From: Nitrososphaerota archaeon
Lineage (GTDB): Archaea; Thermoproteota; Nitrososphaeria; PSMU01
DNA: 64,000 nt
NCBI GenBank assembly: GCA_040290255.1
Contig: PSMU01000002.1
Span: 94,045 to 158,044, forward strand
Direction of reading: 5' to 3'
The number at the start of each line of letters is the position of its first letter. The stretch's first letter is position 1. Made by a program: the position numbers and the translations under genes. A model generated the notes under the pieces. That model did not search any database. It was given only the letters and a program-made list of their open reading frames with translations, and was not told the DNA's origin. Below, in pieces: positions 46,021-54,955 of this stretch.

Positions 46021-47235
46021 CTACTCGTACCTTAGCGCCTTCACGGGTTCAATTCTCGAAGCCCTTAGCGCCGGATATAGGGCCCCCAGCAGGCCCACGG
46101 CCAGCGCTACAGCGAAGGAGATGAGCAGGATCTCGGGCGAGATGACAGGCTCGTAGCTCGGCAGCTGAAAGCCCCTGCCGGAGGGAGAAGCGGCCCTTAT
46201 CGATGAGAAAGCCAGAGGCAGAAGGTAAGAGCCTCCGATCCCCGCGGCCATGCCGAGGAGCCCGCCGAGCACGGCTATTACGGCCGCCTCCGATAGGAAG
46301 AGCAGGAGTATGTCGCCATCCTTGAACCCTATCGCCTTTAGGATGCCTATTTCCCTGGTCCTTTCATATACCGAGACCAGCATGATGTTCATGATGCCCA
46401 GTCCCGCCACGCTGAGGGAGATACCCGCCACGGAGCCCAGCAGGATGCTCAGCTGGGCCAAGATGGCGGAGGCCGTCTGGGCCACCTGCTGTACCGTGAG
46501 CACCTGTGCCGTATCGCCGTAAAGGGCCACGAGCTGCTGCCTGACCTGCTCCAAATGCGATATGTCGCTCACCCTCACCAGCAGGTAGGTGTAGCTCTGC
46601 CGGTTCAGTAGGCGAAGGCCTGCTTTGAGGGGCACGAAGATGGAGCTGTCCACGGGTATAAAGGGGCTGGCGCTGTACTTGGCCAGGAGGCCTATGACGC
46701 TAACGGATGCCGTGCGCAGGCCCATGGGGGTCGGCTGGTAGAGCAGCAAGGGCTGGCCCACATAAATGGCCTGCCTGCCGCCCTCCGAAAGGGGAAAGGA
46801 TAGGTCATATCCCACCACGGCCAGCGGCACATCCTCCGAACCGTACACGGTGCCCTGCACCATGTTGACCTGGCCCAACAGCTGCAGCAGCCCCTGGCTG
46901 TCCACGCCTATGATGTTGACCTGCACCTGCTGCCCGCCCAAGGAGAGCAGGGCTCTCCCGCTCACCACGGGTATCACGTTCTCCACGTAAGGCAGCGAGG
47001 AGAGCTGGGCGACGTCCGCCGGCGTCAGGGGCGAGGATTGGCCTATGATGAAGATGGAAGTGGGGCCGAGGCTCTGGAGGGAGCCGACGATGCTCGCCCC
47101 TATGCCCGCCGTCTGCGAGACGAGCGCTATGATGCTGGCCACGCCTATGGCCACGCTGAGGATCGTGAGGGCCGCGCGCGTCCTCCTCTCCCTTAGCGCC
47201 TTGGCCCCCAGCCGAAGGCCGTCGAGCGGCCTCAA
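46021..47235 (-). CDS. FtsX/MacB-type ABC transporter permease
   Basis: 404 aa. An N-terminal TM, a large extracytoplasmic domain, and 3 C-terminal TM helices with an FtsX fold pattern. Confidence 0.75.
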   Translation of the reverse strand: MRPLDGLRLGAKALRERRTRAALTILSVAIGVASIIALVSQTAGIGASIVGSLQSLGPTSIFIIGQSSPLTPADVAQLSSLPYVENVIPVVSGRALLSLGGQQVQVNIIGVDSQGLLQLLGQVNMVQGTVYGSEDVPLAVVGYDLSFPLSEGGRQAIYVGQPLLLYQPTPMGLRTASVSVIGLLAKYSASPFIPVDSSIFVPLKAGLRLLNRQSYTYLLVRVSDISHLEQVRQQLVALYGDTAQVLTVQQVAQTASAILAQLSILLGSVAGISLSVAGLGIMNIMLVSVYERTREIGILKAIGFKDGDILLLFLSEAAVIAVLGGLLGMAAGIGGSYLLPLAFSSIRAASPSGRGFQLPSYEPVISPEILLISFAVALAVGLLGALYPALRASRIEPVKALRYE

Positions 47236-48809
47236 GCCCTCCTCCTGCCCAGCGCGTAGCCAGCGGCAAGCGAGACAGCGCCCACCGCCACCAATGCCAG
47301 CCAGGGCAGGACCCCGGCGCCAAGAGGCCTTTGAGGGGTGCTCGTGCTAGGCGCGGGCCTTACCAGCGTCACGTCGACACTTAGCCTCTGCGTAGAGGAA
47401 AGGCCTAGATTATCCTGATAGGAGATGAGCACCGGCAGCATGTACGCTCCGGGTAATGTGTCGTTCTTAGCCTGAAACGTGAGCGTGACCGTTGAGGGGC
47501 TCCTGGGCGGCAGGTCGCCCAAGTAGATGGAGCGCCGCCCGAAGATGATGATGCCCTGGGGCGGCTGCGGAGTGACGAGCACGTTCAGCGCGGGCGTGGT
47601 GCCCAGGTTCACGAGCGTTATCGTGATCGAGAAGACATCGCCGGGCGCGGGTGCCGTGGGGAGCACCGTGCTATCCACCCCGCTGATGTTAACGAGCCCC
47701 CTGACCAGAAGGCCCAGGCTCCTGGCCTCCTGGTAGGGCAGGCCATCGGCCCCATAATATGTGAGCGACACCTGCAACGAAGCGAAGCTCTGCGCGGAAG
47801 GTGATACGTAGAGCCGCCCCTGCACGGAGATCCTCTCACCTGGCCCCAGCGCTTTGCTCACGAAGAGGCTTGGGGACAGCCAGGTGAGGCCGCCCCCAAC
47901 GCCTGAGAAGGAGGCCTGCAGGCCATAGATGTTCGTGGCGGCGGTGTTGGCGAAGGTCAGCGTAACGCTGTTTATGCTCGATGCGTTCAGCACCGAGGGC
48001 TCTACGCTCACGTCCAATGGCGAGGTCCGGGGCAGGCCCGTTATGTAGAAGAAGAGAAGGCGCTGCGCGCTCCTGCGCAACCCATAGGCATCCGCATAAT
48101 AAAAGGTAAGGCTGAGCGACCCCACCGAGCCGGCCAGGGTGCTGGAGGCGTAGAGGCTGACGTTGAAGCGGTAGAGGGCGCCGCTGGGAAGGTCGGCGAT
48201 GAGCGGAAGTCGCGAAAGAAGGCCGAGCCCCGGGCTGGGGCTGGCAAAGAGCTCTAGGTCGCTGGCGTTGCCGCTGCCCAAGTTGCTAACTTGCAGGCTT
48301 ATATGGTTGACCTCGCCCGCTATGAGGGAGCTTGCGCTGGCGGCCACCTCAAGGTAGGGCCTTCCCCTGAGCGGCAAGCTGAAGGTCAGGTCCTGCTCCA
48401 GCGCATAGCCTCCCGTAACATTCCACAGCAGGCGCAGCGCGAAGGTATAGGGGCCGGGCTTCACGTCCGGCGAAATTTTGAGCGGGAAGCTCAGCGTCAG
48501 GAAGCTGCCCTGGGAAACGGGCGGCCCATAGGCAACGGAGGCGTTGCCGCCGCTTAGATCCGAGAAGCCGGGGGGCAGGCTCAATGTCCCCTGAACCAGG
48601 AAGGCGCTACAGGCACCATAGTAGAGCAGCGTGACGGCAAGGGGCACGTTCGTATCGCCCGGCGAGGCGTCCGCCGGCGCGTTAGGCGCGCCCCAACCCG
48701 CGCCCACGAACTTGAACGAGGGCGAGCTGGGCACGCAGGAGGCCGCGGCGATCGCTGGGGCATAGGAGGCCAAGAGGAGGGCCGCCAAGAAGAGTGGATA
48801 GCGCCTCAT
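47232..48809 (-). CDS. Extracellular repeat-domain protein with signal peptide and C-terminal TM anchor
   Basis: 525 aa. A signal peptide MRRYPLFLAALLLASYAPAIAAAS, Ser/Thr/Asn-rich beta-sandwich-like repeats with many N-x-S/T sequons, and a C-terminal LPWLALVAVGAVSLAAGYALGRRRA. Translationally coupled between the permease and the ATPase. Confidence 0.6.
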   Translation of the reverse strand: MRRYPLFLAALLLASYAPAIAAASCVPSSPSFKFVGAGWGAPNAPADASPGDTNVPLAVTLLYYGACSAFLVQGTLSLPPGFSDLSGGNASVAYGPPVSQGSFLTLSFPLKISPDVKPGPYTFALRLLWNVTGGYALEQDLTFSLPLRGRPYLEVAASASSLIAGEVNHISLQVSNLGSGNASDLELFASPSPGLGLLSRLPLIADLPSGALYRFNVSLYASSTLAGSVGSLSLTFYYADAYGLRRSAQRLLFFYITGLPRTSPLDVSVEPSVLNASSINSVTLTFANTAATNIYGLQASFSGVGGGLTWLSPSLFVSKALGPGERISVQGRLYVSPSAQSFASLQVSLTYYGADGLPYQEARSLGLLVRGLVNISGVDSTVLPTAPAPGDVFSITITLVNLGTTPALNVLVTPQPPQGIIIFGRRSIYLGDLPPRSPSTVTLTFQAKNDTLPGAYMLPVLISYQDNLGLSSTQRLSVDVTLVRPAPSTSTPQRPLGAGVLPWLALVAVGAVSLAAGYALGRRRA

Positions 48810-49504
48810 CCTCCCACCACCTCTTCCCCCTCGATGCGGCCATCCCTGAGCCTGACCATCCTCTGCGCGTATTTTACCAGCTCAAGGTTGTGCGTGGCCA
48901 TGATCACGGTCACACCCCTCTCCCGGCATATGCGCTTCAGAAGCGTGGCCACCGCGTGGGCGGACTTGGAATCGAGATTACCGGTGGGCTCGTCGGCAAG
49001 GATCAAGGAGGGCTCATTGGCAAGCGCCCGCGCGATCGCGACGCGCTGCTGCTCGCCGCCGCTGAGCTCGGCCGGCTTCTTATTCAGATGCGCCGCGAGG
49101 CCCAGCTCCTCAAGAAGGGCGCGCGCCCTCCTTCTCCTCTCCTCTCCAGGTACGCCTGCCGCGGTCATCGGCAACTCGACGTTCTCCAGGGCGCTGAGGT
49201 AGCTCACGAGGTTATAGCTTTGGAAGACGAAGCCCAGCTCCCTGTTCCTGAGCTCGGCCAGCTCCCTGCGGCCCAGCTTGGCCACCTCGATGCCGCCCAG
49301 CAGCACCCTGCCACGGCTCGGAAGGGCCAGCGTGCCCGCGATGCTCAGCAGCGTGGACTTCCCGCTGCCCGAGGGGCCCACGAGCGCCAGGAATTCGCCC
49401 TTGGCCACGCTCAGCGTCACGCCGCGCAGGGCCTCGAAGCTGGTCGCGCCCGTGCTGTAGACCTTCCAAACGTCCATGAGCTCCAAGAAGGGCTGGCGGC
49501 CCAT
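48806..49504 (-). CDS. ABC transporter ATP-binding protein (MacB/LolD-like)
   Basis: Walker A LVGPSGSGKSTLL, signature LSGGEQQRVAIARAL, and Walker B LILADEPTGNLD. Confidence 0.85.
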   Translation of the reverse strand: MGRQPFLELMDVWKVYSTGATSFEALRGVTLSVAKGEFLALVGPSGSGKSTLLSIAGTLALPSRGRVLLGGIEVAKLGRRELAELRNRELGFVFQSYNLVSYLSALENVELPMTAAGVPGEERRRRARALLEELGLAAHLNKKPAELSGGEQQRVAIARALANEPSLILADEPTGNLDSKSAHAVATLLKRICRERGVTVIMATHNLELVKYAQRMVRLRDGRIEGEEVVGG

Positions 49505-49615
49505 GGCCGGCCCGGGAGCGCGTTTCTATTAAGCGCTCCTGCATGGCGCGGAAAAGGCTTATATGCCCATCTTATCGGCCCGCGCGACTTGCCGCCGCAG
49601 GCCAGTTACATCTGG

Positions 49616-50506
49616 ATGGATGGCCAGCTGGTGCCCTGGGCCGAGGCCAAGGTGCACGTCTTCACCCATTCGCTGCACTATGGCTCGGCCGTCTTCGAGG
49701 GCATAAAGGCCTACGAGGTGGACGGGGCGCTGTGCGTCTTTAGGCTTGAGGACCATATGAAGAGGCTTTTGCGCTCCGCGTCCCTGCTCCACCTTAATTG
49801 CAGGTTCAGCCTGGAGCAGCTCTGCGAAGCGGTCACCGCCCTGCTGAAGGCGAACCGCTTTCAGGATTCGGTCTACATCAGGCCCCTTCTCTATGTGGGG
49901 CCCTACGGCATCTCCTTGGACTATTCGGGCTTCGAGACCCATGTCGCCATCTTGGCCTTTCCCTTCAGGGCCTACTTTGAAAAGCTGGGGCTTCGGGTCT
50001 GCACCTCGAGCTGGAGGCGCCTTCCGGAAAGCTCCGTGCCGCTGCACGCGAAGGCTGCGGCCAACTACCTGAACCTCAGCCTTGCCACGATCGAGGCCCG
50101 CAGGGCGGGGTACGACGAGGCGATCCTCTTGGACCAAGAGGGCTTTGTGAGCGAGGGCGCGGGCGAGAACGTCTTCCTCGTCAAGGACAACAGGCTCATC
50201 ACTCCATCGCCCGCCTCGTCGATCCTCCACGGCATCACGCGCCATACCGTGCTCACGATGGCCAACGACATGGGCCTCGAGGTGGAGGAGAGGAGAGTGG
50301 CGAGGAGCGAGCTTTACGAGGCGGATGAGCTCTTCTTCACGGGCACCGCCACGGAGATACAGTCCGTGCTCAGCGTCGATGGCCGCGAGATAGGGGGAGG
50401 CAAGCCCGGGAGGCTTACCCTGCAGCTCATACAGCTGTATGGGCGGACGGTGCGCGGCCAGGAGCCCAGGTACCTCTCCTGGGTCACTAAGGTCGACTGT
50501 AGGTAA
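49616..50506 (+). CDS. ilvE: Branched-chain amino acid aminotransferase (fold-type IV)
   Basis: IWMDGQLVPWAEAKVHVFTHSLHYGSAVFEGIKAY plus an EARRAGYDEAILLD ... ELFFTGTATEI layout. The 5' part of the 570-aa ORF-track ORF is antisense to the ABC ATPase and was discarded. An alternative TTG start lies at 49589. Confidence 0.85.
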   Translation: MDGQLVPWAEAKVHVFTHSLHYGSAVFEGIKAYEVDGALCVFRLEDHMKRLLRSASLLHLNCRFSLEQLCEAVTALLKANRFQDSVYIRPLLYVGPYGISLDYSGFETHVAILAFPFRAYFEKLGLRVCTSSWRRLPESSVPLHAKAAANYLNLSLATIEARRAGYDEAILLDQEGFVSEGAGENVFLVKDNRLITPSPASSILHGITRHTVLTMANDMGLEVEERRVARSELYEADELFFTGTATEIQSVLSVDGREIGGGKPGRLTLQLIQLYGRTVRGQEPRYLSWVTKVDCR

Positions 50507-50529
50507 AGAATTAAAAAAGAACTTCTCAG

Positions 50530-51099
50530 CTACGGCAGCCGCGCTTCCAGCTGCGTTAGGAGGACCACGGAGGAGTTCGCGCCATCGCTTATGACGAGCT
50601 TCGTCAGGCTTACGATTAGAGAGACCGTATCGCCCGGGGCCAATCCAGCTACGGTGCTGTTGAGCACCCTGGCCTGTATTGAGATGGTGCCCGTGGTTGC
50701 ATCGATGGCGACGGCGGTGACGTTCAGCTTGGCCTTGCCCAAGCCGTCGACCTCTAAGGAGGCGCGCTTGCCCTCCTGTAGATTGGCCTCGAGCTGAACC
50801 CTATCGCCCTTTGCGATGCCCGTGATGCTGGAAGAATTTATGAAGCCCTTCAGCTCTACGTGGCCCAGGCCGAGGTCCTCTTCATGCTCTTCATCTTCGC
50901 CCCGAACTCCCTGAACGCCCTGATGCTCGTCGTCGTGGTGCTCGTGCTCATGTTCCTCATCGAGCGCCTGAGGCTGTGTGGCCTGCGGCGCCACCTGATG
51001 GCTGAGGCTCATCGATAACGGCGTGGCCACCGCCGCGGCGGCCACGGCCGCCACCAGGCCCAGAGCCAGAAGCGCCGCCAGCGCTTGGGTCGTCAGCAT
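50530..51099 (-). CDS. Secreted protein with His/Glu/Asp-rich segment
   Basis: Signal-like MLTTQALAALLALGLVAAVAAAAVA, then DEEHEHEHHDDEHQGVQGVRGEDEEHEEDLGLGH and a beta-rich C-terminal domain. Confidence 0.5.
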   Translation of the reverse strand: MLTTQALAALLALGLVAAVAAAAVATPLSMSLSHQVAPQATQPQALDEEHEHEHHDDEHQGVQGVRGEDEEHEEDLGLGHVELKGFINSSSITGIAKGDRVQLEANLQEGKRASLEVDGLGKAKLNVTAVAIDATTGTISIQARVLNSTVAGLAPGDTVSLIVSLTKLVISDGANSSVVLLTQLEARLP

Positions 51100-51426
51100 G
51101 GCGGCCCCCCTTCTCCTACGCCGGATATGAGGGCCTAGATTGAAACACGTTTCAGGTCGTTTCAAGCCTCGCGCATGTAACGGCTGAGGAAGCCATGCGG
51201 GGCCCTTTGCCCATGCTCGCGTTCTCGGGGGGCAGAAGAACCTAAGGCCTATGCTATCGTGGCCTCCTTACCAACTGGCACAGGCTCGACCCCAGTAAGG
51301 CGGAGAGAAGCGTCACAACCAGAGGCACGAGCGCGGCCAGGGCCACCAAGGCCAAGGCCGGCAGTCCCGCCGCCGAGGCCAGCATGTCCGACAATGAAGG
51401 GAAGGTGGAGCTGCGCCACTGGAGGG

Positions 51427-51651
51427 GTTGTTCTCGCCGACCTGCCTCTCATCGACATCAGCAACTTGAAGCTCCATGAATCTATCCTAACAGGGGAGTC
51501 GGTTCCAGTCGAGAAGATGGTCGATGCCATAGAAGGGGCCTTCCGGACGTACAGCCTATCCCTGGGAGACTGGATGGTGGCGACCCTGGCGGCTGTCACC
51601 ATCTTTCCGGTGTTAGGGTTGGCGAAGGCCCTAATGCGTGCCAAAATATGA
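51427..51651 (+). pseudogene. P-type ATPase actuator-domain remnant
   Basis: Translation GGVVLADLPLIDISNLKLHESILTGESVPVEK reproduces the P-type ATPase GD.VPAD.RLI...L.VDES.LTGES.PVEK block (A-domain, TGES loop). No flanking ATPase sequence remains. An upstream frame-shifted ATG lies at 51384, and the stop at 51649-51651. Confidence 0.4.
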
Positions 51652-51710
51652 AAGCGATCTTCCACTGGTCGAGGTAGGAAGATGGGATTTGGATGTTCGG
51701 TCGAGGGCCC

Positions 51711-52841
51711 CTAGAGATAGTCCCCTATATAGAGACTCTTGGGCAGATAGGTGAGATTCTCACAGCCGGCCTTGGTCACCACAACGTCGTCCTCCAGCCT
51801 CATGCCGAACCGCCCGGGGAGGTAGATGCCGGGCTCCACCGTGAAGATCATGCCCGCTTTGAGTATGGTGGGGGAACCCTCCCTTATGTAGGGCTCTTCA
51901 TGAACCTCCAGGCCCAGGCCATGCCCAGTCCTGTGGATGAAGTATTGCGCATATCCGCGCCGCGCGATGACCCCCCGGGCAGCCCTATCCAGCTGCTCGG
52001 CCTTTACGCCCGGGCCGACTTGCTCGAGTGCCCTCGACTGGGCCTCAAGCACAGCCTCGAAGATCTTCTCAGCCTCATCCCCAGGGTCGCCGAGACAGAC
52101 GGTCCGGGTGACATCGGCATAATAACCATCGTAGGTGACGCCGGCGTCGAAGACCACCGGCTCCCCCCTCCCTATCCGCCGGGCTGTGGGCCCTAGGTGA
52201 GGCTTGGCACCGTCAGGCCCCGACTGCACCAGACAGAAGGGGACCGACTCGGCCCCAAGCTCCAAAGCCCTCTTCCTGAACAGGAAGGCAGCCTCACGCT
52301 CCTCCATCCCCTCCCTTAGGTCCGCGAGGGTGGCCATGAACGCCTCCTGCAGGATTGCGGAGGCCCTCCTGTGGGCCGCCAGCTCGGCCTCCTCCTTGAC
52401 CGCCCTCAACTCGTAGAAGACCGGGTCTATCTCACGGAGAGCCAGCCCTTCGCCCAGCACCCTCAGACGTGTGAGGACCTTGAAGGGCATCGTGCCCTCA
52501 ACTCCCACAGTGCCCTTCTCCAAGCCCGCCCTCGACAGCATCGACGCCACCTTCAACCACGGGTCCTCATCATCGCCGTAGGAGAAAAGCTCCATCTCAC
52601 CGACCGCCAGCTGTTCTCCGACCCGCTCCAGGTCGAGCCTCGGCACCAGGATGGATGAACTGCCCTTAAAGCTCAGGAGGGCGATGGTGAGCCTTTCGTA
52701 GCTCTCTGTCGACACGCCCAGGAAATACCTCATGTTGGGTCCTGGGAGGAGGAGCACCCCATCCAGGCCCTCGGAAAGAGCCTTCTCCCTGAGGGCAAGC
52801 AGCCTACCCCCCGCAAACAAATGGGGGCTGGATCCCTGCAT
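51711..52841 (-). CDS. M24-family Xaa-Pro aminopeptidase/prolidase
   Basis: 376 aa with a pita-bread metal-ligand pattern: D...D...HRTGHGLGLEVHE...E. Confidence 0.85.
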   Translation of the reverse strand: MQGSSPHLFAGGRLLALREKALSEGLDGVLLLPGPNMRYFLGVSTESYERLTIALLSFKGSSSILVPRLDLERVGEQLAVGEMELFSYGDDEDPWLKVASMLSRAGLEKGTVGVEGTMPFKVLTRLRVLGEGLALREIDPVFYELRAVKEEAELAAHRRASAILQEAFMATLADLREGMEEREAAFLFRKRALELGAESVPFCLVQSGPDGAKPHLGPTARRIGRGEPVVFDAGVTYDGYYADVTRTVCLGDPGDEAEKIFEAVLEAQSRALEQVGPGVKAEQLDRAARGVIARRGYAQYFIHRTGHGLGLEVHEEPYIREGSPTILKAGMIFTVEPGIYLPGRFGMRLEDDVVVTKAGCENLTYLPKSLYIGDYL

Positions 52842-52948
52842 CGCGTAGGCTTAAAGAAGGACGCATATGAAGATTGCAATTGCCACTCTCCTGATCGAGG
52901 CGGTCGCGGGACGATAGAGTTATATATATTTCGGATAAGGCCCAATGG

Positions 52949-53170
52949 ATGGTCTCGAAGGCGACAGTAGCCTTCGTCATCACATTGGTAGTCATCGTGA
53001 TCGCTGCGGCGACCATGTACATAGTGAGGGGTGTAGGGCCGGGCTTCGAAGGGGTTCCGAGGCTCCTAGCTGGACATCCCCTTTATGATATACTCAATCC
53101 CCTCCTAGCACTCGTGTTATTCGTGGCGCTAGGTTTATCAATATACTTTCTGAGGAGGGTGAGAGAATGA
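52949..53170 (+). CDS. Small two-TM membrane protein
   Basis: 73 aa, hydrophobic. TATA-like gttatatatatttcgg about 25 nt upstream. Overlaps the next gene by 4 nt. Confidence 0.35.
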   Translation: MVSKATVAFVITLVVIVIAAATMYIVRGVGPGFEGVPRLLAGHPLYDILNPLLALVLFVALGLSIYFLRRVRE

Positions 53171-53955
53171 AGAGAAATACGTTGCTGTTGATCCTGCTGG
53201 GCATCTACTTCCTCTACAACATCACAATCCTTTCAATATGGCAGGGTTGGACGAGCCCTACGCCTCCTCCCATAGGGCTCCTAATGGGACCTGGTATGTT
53301 CGCCATCGCGGTGTTGGTCACGGGCGTTACAACCTGGGTTGCAGCAAGGTACTTGCCAAAAGAGGTGCAATTAACGGCGGCTGCCGCTCCGGGCTCTGCC
53401 GCGCCCAGGAAGGCGGTCGCACTGACGTCGCGCGAAGCAGGCATCGTGGCCTCCTTCTCTGGCGTCACCTTCGCTTGGAATGCCCTAGGTCTTATCTTTG
53501 TAATATTCCCCCCGGGCAGCTGGTCCATCACGGGAATCATGCCCCAGATAGTGGGGATGGCCACAGGACCCGTGGGCCTGATCATAGCGCACTTTGTTGG
53601 GGGACTACTCTGGTACGACTTTCCATGGGGAACCTTTAACTTCATGCTCAGCTCCACTTGGCTGGTCACCGTCGCATACTATTTCTACAGAGATGTAGCG
53701 AAGATATACAGGTACCCAATCCTGTTTGCCCAGACCTTCCTGCTCCACCAGTATGACGTCTACAGCTGGGCGCTGTGGGCCTCCCACTTCGCCAAGCTCG
53801 CTCCAGTTGATTTCGTTATCCCTGCCACCATAGTCTTCATCGGACCCTGGTCCCTATTGAACGCCATACCCATCGTCATCATCGTCGCCCTCCTGGACCG
53901 CTTCGCTCCGGGCTTCATGAGGCCCACCTGGCTCGATAGGTACACCACTCCCTAG
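53167..53955 (+). CDS. Polytopic membrane protein (candidate substrate-capture component for the adjacent ECF module)
   Basis: 262 aa with about 7 TM helices. No defined family motif recognised. Convergent with ecfT. Followed by a T-rich stretch gcatatttttaag. Confidence 0.45.
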   Translation: MKRNTLLLILLGIYFLYNITILSIWQGWTSPTPPPIGLLMGPGMFAIAVLVTGVTTWVAARYLPKEVQLTAAAAPGSAAPRKAVALTSREAGIVASFSGVTFAWNALGLIFVIFPPGSWSITGIMPQIVGMATGPVGLIIAHFVGGLLWYDFPWGTFNFMLSSTWLVTVAYYFYRDVAKIYRYPILFAQTFLLHQYDVYSWALWASHFAKLAPVDFVIPATIVFIGPWSLLNAIPIVIIVALLDRFAPGFMRPTWLDRYTTP

Positions 53956-53992
53956 GGAAAAATTCTTGCTCTAAATCCCGCATATTTTTAAG

Positions 53993-54955
53993 TCATAACC
54001 TTCTTAGGATGTTAAAGAGTGCGAAAGAGATCGTAAGTAAGAAGCCAGCCACCAGCGCAAGGATAGACATGCCGAGGAGCCGTTGGTAGAGAGGCTCCGT
54101 CAGGAGGAATAGAGGTAAGCCAAGTCTGGCATAGTAGACCGCGAAGGCTATGAGCCCGAAATTCAGGAATATTACCGCTTTGTCTGTCCTCGAAAGCACC
54201 CGCTTTGCTCCGAGCCTGAATGTCCTTACCCCGCTATAAGTGAACCCTTTCATCTCCAGGGCCACAGAAGCCCACTGTGCCCTTCTTATCGTGGCGAAAA
54301 TCGTGGGCGGCAGAAGTGATAGGTACGCGGCTATCTTCCTTACAGGATCTACCTCCCGAACCTTAAATCCGCGGGACTGGTATGCGTCCACGATTTCGCT
54401 TAATTGTGACACGAACAAGGGGGCAGAGCCGAAAGCCAGGCTTACGGTGGTCGCCACTCGTGGGGGCACCTTGACGATGGCCAACGAGTTGGCTAGATCG
54501 ATTATTCGTGTTGTGGCTGCGAAGATCGCGACTACCCCTATCAGGTTTGCTAGGCGGTATAAGCCTGAAGCCGCCCACACGAAGCCCAGGACCGAAATCT
54601 CACCCCTCAATACGTAGGGGAAGCCGGTATAGAAGGTAAAGTACAGCGTCGCGAAGGCCCCGCCCATCAGCACGACCACATTCTTGTAGATAACCACCAG
54701 TTGCTTCGTCACCCCCGAGGCCCAAGCAAGTAGGTAGAGAGCGACGCTTATAGTGAGGCCAAAGAGCGGATCCAGAAACGTGATAACAAGCGCGGTCACG
54801 CCGAATATTATTATCAGCTTTGTTACGGGGTTGAGCCTATGGAGGAAGCTGTCACCTTCCGCATACTCGAAGGGCCGCACCTGCCGGCGTCGCTCTGGGA
54901 CCGCAGCTGGCTTAACCAAGGATGCCCACCATCTCCTCGAGCGTAACAGCTTCAC
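53993..54955 (-). CDS. ecfT: Energy-coupling-factor transporter transmembrane (T) component, CbiQ/EcfT family
   Basis: SFLHRLNPVTKLIIIF, a conserved Ala-Arg-Gly-like coupling region (TTRIIDLANSLAIVKV ... YQSRG), and 5-6 TM helices. The true start may be TTG 54918, overlapping the ecfA stop by 7 nt. Confidence 0.75.
   Translation of the reverse strand: MKLLRSRRWWASLVKPAAVPERRRQVRPFEYAEGDSFLHRLNPVTKLIIIFGVTALVITFLDPLFGLTISVALYLLAWASGVTKQLVVIYKNVVVLMGGAFATLYFTFYTGFPYVLRGEISVLGFVWAASGLYRLANLIGVVAIFAATTRIIDLANSLAIVKVPPRVATTVSLAFGSAPLFVSQLSEIVDAYQSRGFKVREVDPVRKIAAYLSLLPPTIFATIRRAQWASVALEMKGFTYSGVRTFRLGAKRVLSRTDKAVIFLNFGLIAFAVYYARLGLPLFLLTEPLYQRLLGMSILALVAGFLLTISFALFNILRRL

Noticed and set aside
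48794-50506. 570-aa ORF-track ORF that would fuse IlvE to a 270-aa N-terminal extension
   Set aside because: The first 800 nt are antisense to the well-supported ABC ATPase gene. IlvE homology begins at about 49600, where ATG and TTG starts exist.
52869-52922. Possible C/D-box sRNA or 17-codon ORF in the spacer before 52949
   Set aside because: Only imperfect boxes (ATGAAGA, CTGA) with no D box, C' box or guide complementarity were seen. It is too weak to call.
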